Positions 58,005 through 62,507 of a stretch of 62,507 nucleotides of DNA are shown one piece after another. Numbering within the stretch: position 1 is the first letter of the stretch; each line of letters begins with the position of its first letter. The position numbers were made by a program, and so were the translations under genes. Origin of the DNA: Actinomycetota bacterium. GTDB taxonomy: Bacteria > Actinomycetota > CADDZG01 > JAHWKV01. The stretch covers positions 1-62,507 of the forward strand of contig JBBDRQ010000004.1 of the NCBI GenBank assembly GCA_040905365.1, read 5' to 3'. The notes under the pieces are model-generated. The model made no database searches and was not told where the DNA came from. It saw only the letters and a program-made list of their open reading frames with translations.

Positions 58005-58853
58005 CTACCTCTCGACGGGCACGCCCACCAGCGATCCGTACTCCGTCCAGGAACCGTCGTAGTTCTTGACGTTATCGAAGCCGAGCAGCTCGTGCAGGAC
58101 GAACCAGCTGTGCGACGAGCGCTCGCCGATGCGGCAGTAAGCGATCACTTCCGGCAGGTCCTTGGTTATACCTTCGTCGCCGTACAGCTCGATGAGCTCG
58201 TCCGCGGACTTGAAGGTACCGTCCTCGGCCGCGGCCTTGGCCCAGGTGATGTTGGCCGATCCGGGTATATGGCCCGGAACCTGTGCCTGCTCCTGCGGCA
58301 GGTGCGGCGGCGCCAGCAGTTCGCCCCGAAACTCCTCGGGGGACCGCACGTCCACGAACGCACCCTTGTTCTCCACGGCCTTCATCACGTCGTCGCGCAG
58401 CGCCCGCAGGTGCGGACGGTCTCCGGCCAGCGTGACGGGGTTGCTGGCTGGAGTAGGCGTCACCGGCTCGGCGCTGAGCGGCCGGTTGTCCAGTTCCCAC
58501 TTTTTGCGGCCGCCGTTGAGCAGCTTCACGCTGTCGAAACCCCGGTACTTGAGCAGCCAGTACGCGTACGCGGCAAACCAGTTGTTGTTGCCGGCGTACA
58601 AGACGACGGTGTCGCCTTCATTTACTCCCGAGCGCGTCAGAAGAGCCTGTAGCTGCTTGCCGTCAACGAACTCGCGGCGCAGGGGATCGTGCAGATCGCT
58701 GGACCAATCCCACGCTATGGCTCCCGGGATGTGACCCTTCTCGTACAAGCTGGTGTCCTCGTCGACTTCGACGATTACCAACGACTCGTCGTCCAGTCTG
58801 TCGGCCAGCTGGTCCGTTTCGATTAGCGTGTCCTTGTTTACGTATTCCGCCAC
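58005..58853 (-). CDS. Thiosulfate sulfurtransferase (tandem rhodanese, CysA/SseA-like)
   Basis: EVDED..LY..GHIPGA, NNWFAAYAYW, YCRIGERSSHSWF, NYDGSWTEYG. Confidence 0.95.
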   Translation of the reverse strand: MAEYVNKDTLIETDQLADRLDDESLVIVEVDEDTSLYEKGHIPGAIAWDWSSDLHDPLRREFVDGKQLQALLTRSGVNEGDTVVLYAGNNNWFAAYAYWLLKYRGFDSVKLLNGGRKKWELDNRPLSAEPVTPTPASNPVTLAGDRPHLRALRDDVMKAVENKGAFVDVRSPEEFRGELLAPPHLPQEQAQVPGHIPGSANITWAKAAAEDGTFKSADELIELYGDEGITKDLPEVIAYCRIGERSSHSWFVLHELLGFDNVKNYDGSWTEYGSLVGVPVER

Positions 58854-59690
58854 CTACAACCCTCCTTTGTCACTGCCTTTTGTTTGGCTGACTTGCGCGT
58901 CTTTATCACCCTTTTTGCGAATGATCTCCCTGCACACCCGGTCGCCCCGGGCTACCGAGGCTTCCGTCTCCACCTCACTCGGGTGGCCCAGCGCCGCCAT
59001 CGCTCCTTCCTTGAGCGCCGGATCTATCAACGCCACCAGATCCGAGTGCTCCAACGCGATATCCCGGAAGGGGCAGTCCGGCGTCTCGATCTCCGCGTAG
59101 TCGTGTTCGAGCCGTACCACCTCGGTCATAGGCGAGAAGCGGCGCAGCTCCTCCACCAGCGCCCCGACGGCCGCCGCGAAGTCCAGTCCGCCGCCCCGGT
59201 ACTCGAGCATCAACTTGCGGCCCTCGTCCATCGCCACCTGCTCGGCCAGGGCGTAGACCTGTTCGCTGTCGATCTTGTCGGCCAGCCTGACAAAAATCTG
59301 CGCAATGAGGCGGTAGGGGTTGGGTGTGCCCACCGAAGCCGGCTCAACCGACTGGATGAGCTCCGGCACCAACGACCGACCCTCACCGGCCTCATCCTCG
59401 GCAGGAGGCGAAACCTCCCAATCTTCGAGGGCGCCCATCTCGCCCTCCCAAGTGAAGTAAACCTTGGAAGGTCTGCCTTTACCCTTGCGCCGAATTCCGG
59501 TAGCCAAGAACCCCGCTTCCACCAGCAGGTCCAGGTGGGCACGCGCGACGTTGGCGTGCAGTGAGAACTCGTCAGCAACCTCCTTGGCCGTCAGGGATCC
59601 TGCCTTAAGCAAGTGCCCGAGGATAGCCGAACGGGTTGGTAGCGCTAGCGCCTTTGCTGCCTTTACGGACTGATCGTCGCCTACGGGCAC
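58854..59690 (-). CDS. ArsR-like HTH regulator with SufR/V4R-like sensory domain
   Basis: TR..IL..L...LTAKEVA...LH.N.AR.HL..L, GRPSK, CPF, GDRVC. Confidence 0.8.
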   Translation of the reverse strand: MPVGDDQSVKAAKALALPTRSAILGHLLKAGSLTAKEVADEFSLHANVARAHLDLLVEAGFLATGIRRKGKGRPSKVYFTWEGEMGALEDWEVSPPAEDEAGEGRSLVPELIQSVEPASVGTPNPYRLIAQIFVRLADKIDSEQVYALAEQVAMDEGRKLMLEYRGGGLDFAAAVGALVEELRRFSPMTEVVRLEHDYAEIETPDCPFRDIALEHSDLVALIDPALKEGAMAALGHPSEVETEASVARGDRVCREIIRKKGDKDAQVSQTKGSDKGGL

Positions 59691-59864
59691 GAGTGCTCCT
59701 CCTTTGATTAACCAACTCTAGGACCACTTAATACTTTTTGCAAGGTGATAAATCACTAATCGACACCCGGCAAACCCACTTCCTTAGGTTATTACCCGCG
59801 CGCCTGCGTGAGGCTGCACAAACCGATGTTTAACAGTTTGGCTAAAGGGTAGAATTTCAACATC

Positions 59865-59981
59865 GTGAATTTTCTAATAATTGTTCTGGTCCCGACCGCT
59901 ATCGCGGCGCTGCTGTACCTGGGTTCCTGGGCTGAGCGCCGGATGGAAACCCAACAAGCTTCGGAGTCCGCCGGCCTTTAA
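59865..59981 (+). CDS. Putative 38-aa single-TM small protein
   Basis: MNFLIIVLVPTAIAALLYLGSWAERRMETQQASESAGL; TAGAAT -10-like box at 59850-59855. Confidence 0.55.
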   Translation: MNFLIIVLVPTAIAALLYLGSWAERRMETQQASESAGL

Positions 59982-60796
59982 GTAAGACCCAGCACTGTTG
60001 CAGCGATACCCCCGGCCGCTATGCAGTACACGGCAAAACCGATCAGACCCCGTCGCTGCAGGAATGCGACCATTCCCGCTATCGATAAGTAACTTGAGAT
60101 TCCGGCGGATACAAAGCCGGCCGCCAATGCCCCCGCGCCTACTGAATCGCCGGACAGTTGCGGTACCTGGAAGACCGCGGTACCGATAAGTATGGGAATG
60201 GCCATCAGGAACGAGAATCTAGCTGCCTGGGCGCGGGAAAGCCCGGCCAGCATTGCTGCCGATATGGTCGAGCCGGATCGTGAGATTCCCGGCAGAATCG
60301 CAGCCGCCTGGGCCAGTCCCACACCCAGCGCAGCACGCCACGAAACCTGCTCTGTTAACCCCTTCACCCCGGTGAGAACCTCCTTACGATCAGAAGCATC
60401 TTTACGTCGGGTGAGGGCTTCGGCCCCTATGAGAATTACACCGGTGCCTATCAGCTGGATCGCAACCTGGTACGGGTTGCCGAAAACCTGCTCGAACCAC
60501 TCCTCGAAGACCACGCCGATCACCGCAGCCGGCAGCGTGGCCAGCGCCAGCAGCCACACAAACCGGCGTTGTGGACCGGACCGCACCATCCCGAACGCGG
60601 TCTCGATCAGCTCCCGCCGAAAGTAGACCACCAGCGCAAGCAGGGTGGCAGCGTGCAGAAGTACGAAAAAAGGCAGGCTGGGCTGATCCCAGCCGGCAAA
60701 CTCAGGGACCAGGACCAGGTGACCGGAGGAGGAGATCGGAAGAAACTCAGTCAGTCCTTGAACGATCCCTAGGACAATCGCTTCAAAAATGCTCAA
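59978..60796 (-). CDS. uppP: Undecaprenyl-diphosphatase (BacA)
   Basis: GIVQGLTEFLPISSSGHL, PGISRSGSTI, AARFSFL. Confidence 0.96.
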   Translation of the reverse strand: MSIFEAIVLGIVQGLTEFLPISSSGHLVLVPEFAGWDQPSLPFFVLLHAATLLALVVYFRRELIETAFGMVRSGPQRRFVWLLALATLPAAVIGVVFEEWFEQVFGNPYQVAIQLIGTGVILIGAEALTRRKDASDRKEVLTGVKGLTEQVSWRAALGVGLAQAAAILPGISRSGSTISAAMLAGLSRAQAARFSFLMAIPILIGTAVFQVPQLSGDSVGAGALAAGFVSAGISSYLSIAGMVAFLQRRGLIGFAVYCIAAGGIAATVLGLT

Positions 60797-60906
60797 TTAG
60801 TACCCTATCGGTTAACCGGCCCTCGAGGGGGACTTCACCAAGACGCCCCCCTAGATCCGCAGAGTCCGGACAACAGTGGCAGATACTGCCCGCTGAGGAG
60901 GTGCGC

Positions 60907-61959
60907 TTGGCCGTATCTGTCACCAAGACCTACGAGGGTCACCGGCTGGTTGGTGAGGGGCCAATAACCGATTTGGCCAACTCCTACCTTGCCCATTTGA
61001 CTGCCCGCGGCTTCTCCGCGGCAACGGTCAGAGGATACGCCTTCGACCTGCTGAACTTCAGTCGATTCCTGCATGGTAGGGACATCGACCCGGGTAATGT
61101 AGCTCCCAGCGACCTGTTCGATTGGCTTCAGTGGCAGTCCGAGATGCCTGCCCACCCCAACGACAACAACGTCGTCAGCATTCAAGCCAACCGAGGCGCC
61201 TCGCCGGCCACTATGAACCGGCGCGTGGCGGCGGTCAGGGGCCTGTTCGAGTACAGCGTGATCACCGGATTCAGAGACGACAACCCGGTTCCACCTGGAC
61301 GAAGAGCTACCGGACTGCGGGCTCGCCCCCGCGGCACGCTGGGTCACCTCGACACCGGCAAGACCCGCTCCGGGGGCCGTCTGGTCAAGCAGCATCAGCG
61401 CCTTCCCGAGAGCATCGATCTCGCCGATGTCGCAGACTTCGTCGCGGATCTTGCAACCTATCGCGACCGGGCGATGGCTCTGGCGATGGTGCTGGGCGGT
61501 CTGCGGGCCGCCGAAGTGCGTGCCCTCCGGCTCGCTGACGTGGACATGGGGCTGCGCCGTTTACGGGTGACCGGCAAAGGCGGACGGCAACGGGTGGTCC
61601 CGGTGGACCGGCCCTTCTTCGCTGAGCTGGCCGGCTACCTGCACTCCGAGCGCCCCAGCGGCCTTGCGACACCGGAGTGCTTTGTGGTGCTTCGAGGACC
61701 AACCAGGGGCCAGGCAATGACCGAGGCCGGGATGCGCAAGATCTTTCGGGTTCACCGGCAGCGCTCAGGTGCTACCCGAGTCCGTCCCCACCGCCTGCGC
61801 CACACCTACGGGACCGAGCTGGCCGCCGCCGGCATCGATCTGCTGGTGCTCAAGGACCTGATGGGCCACGCCCATTCCGAGACCACGGCAATGTACGTCC
61901 ATCTGTCCCCTGAGCATCTCGCGGCCGAGTACGCCCGGGCCCATGAGGCCTTGCAATGA
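60907..61959 (+). CDS. Tyrosine recombinase/integrase
   Basis: SAM-like N-terminal domain, GLRAAEV, GKGG, HRLRHT, LMGH, Y; GAGGAGG RBS before TTG 60907. Confidence 0.93.
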   Translation: MAVSVTKTYEGHRLVGEGPITDLANSYLAHLTARGFSAATVRGYAFDLLNFSRFLHGRDIDPGNVAPSDLFDWLQWQSEMPAHPNDNNVVSIQANRGASPATMNRRVAAVRGLFEYSVITGFRDDNPVPPGRRATGLRARPRGTLGHLDTGKTRSGGRLVKQHQRLPESIDLADVADFVADLATYRDRAMALAMVLGGLRAAEVRALRLADVDMGLRRLRVTGKGGRQRVVPVDRPFFAELAGYLHSERPSGLATPECFVVLRGPTRGQAMTEAGMRKIFRVHRQRSGATRVRPHRLRHTYGTELAAAGIDLLVLKDLMGHAHSETTAMYVHLSPEHLAAEYARAHEALQ

Positions 61960-62507
61960 CTCTTTCCACTGCGCTGGCCGTGGATCAGAGCCCCGACTTG
62001 CTGGGGCACTACATCCACCACGTCAGAGGCCTACCGCTTAAGCCTGCCATGAAATCCGCTCGGATTCGCAGTGCCCGCAAGCTCCTTTGCCATCACCCGG
62101 ATCTCGGGGCCTGGATGAAGCGGCCCACTCCCGCTCGCCTGACTGACCTTCACCGCTGCGGGGCTTGGCCCTTGGTGATCTGGGCTGGCGTTTACCGGCG
62201 AATAGCGATGGATGCCGAGTTGCTGCTGTGCAAGCCCGGAGGAGTGGATCTGTCCGCCGTGTACGAGCTGGCCTACCCTAACGACATCAGCCGGGTCACC
62301 AGGACCGGCCTCGACCTGGGCTGGAGCCCCAACTGGGTCCGCCAGGTCGCGCGGCACGCTCTGCCCGTGATCTGTATCTGGGCCGCCAAGACCGTCGATG
62401 AGCTGGGTGACCAGGACTTCGAGGCCTTTGCCGACGAGGTGCAGCGTTCGCCGTACGTCAGCGCGTCGGCCCGTTACCGAGCCCACACTAGAAGCCTTGC
62501 TCTTCAG
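61956..62507 (+). CDS. Partial ORF coupled to the integrase, probably the N-terminus of a second large tyrosine recombinase
   Basis: ATGA overlap with the integrase stop; open to the window end (MTLSTALAVDQ...LGWSPNW...DFEAF). Confidence 0.6.
   Translation, partial: MTLSTALAVDQSPDLLGHYIHHVRGLPLKPAMKSARIRSARKLLCHHPDLGAWMKRPTPARLTDLHRCGAWPLVIWAGVYRRIAMDAELLLCKPGGVDLSAVYELAYPNDISRVTRTGLDLGWSPNWVRQVARHALPVICIWAAKTVDELGDQDFEAFADEVQRSPYVSASARYRAHTRSLALQ

Larger units (their letters stand above)
60860..62507 (+). mobile_element. Left part of a tyrosine-recombinase element (Tn554/RIT-like), truncated by the window
   Basis: Integrase plus coupled ORF, divergent from housekeeping uppP; left boundary approximate. 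Confidence 0.55.

Overview
High-GC actinobacterial chromosomal window. From 1 to about 45 kb it is mostly core metabolism and envelope genes: metE, ergothioneine egtABCD, sufBD-Rieske-sufC, a Ser/Thr kinase, a sulfonate-type ABC transporter, a cold-shock protein, a sigma-70 factor, thiI, an M16 protease, MscS, ectoine uptake ehuBCDA, pncAB and prfC. From about 45.5 to 55.7 kb an accessory island abuts the 3' end of a tRNA-Val(TAC). It holds two VapBC pairs, an AbiEi/AbiEii-like type IV TA pair, remnants of a group II intron RT, a helicase, IS30 and another transposase, and a lasso-peptide (RiPP) gene cluster. That cluster (B2 peptidase, cyclase C, two precursors, RRE B1, ABC exporter; 50188-55351) is the main discovery. 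Its two very acidic cores are unusual: one is Gly1 with four Cys (CxC...CxC), the other has a Dx[DN]xDG Ca2+-loop-like tail. Both leaders lack the canonical Pro(-14), and each precursor is followed by a conserved 16-nt box plus hairpin. Other signals: a UGA plus SECIS-like hairpin in a 5'-broken rhodanese-CBS gene, a dispersed 45-bp intergenic repeat, an unannotated 38-aa membrane peptide, and a tyrosine-recombinase element running off the right end. All calls come from motif recognition by eye; no searches were run.
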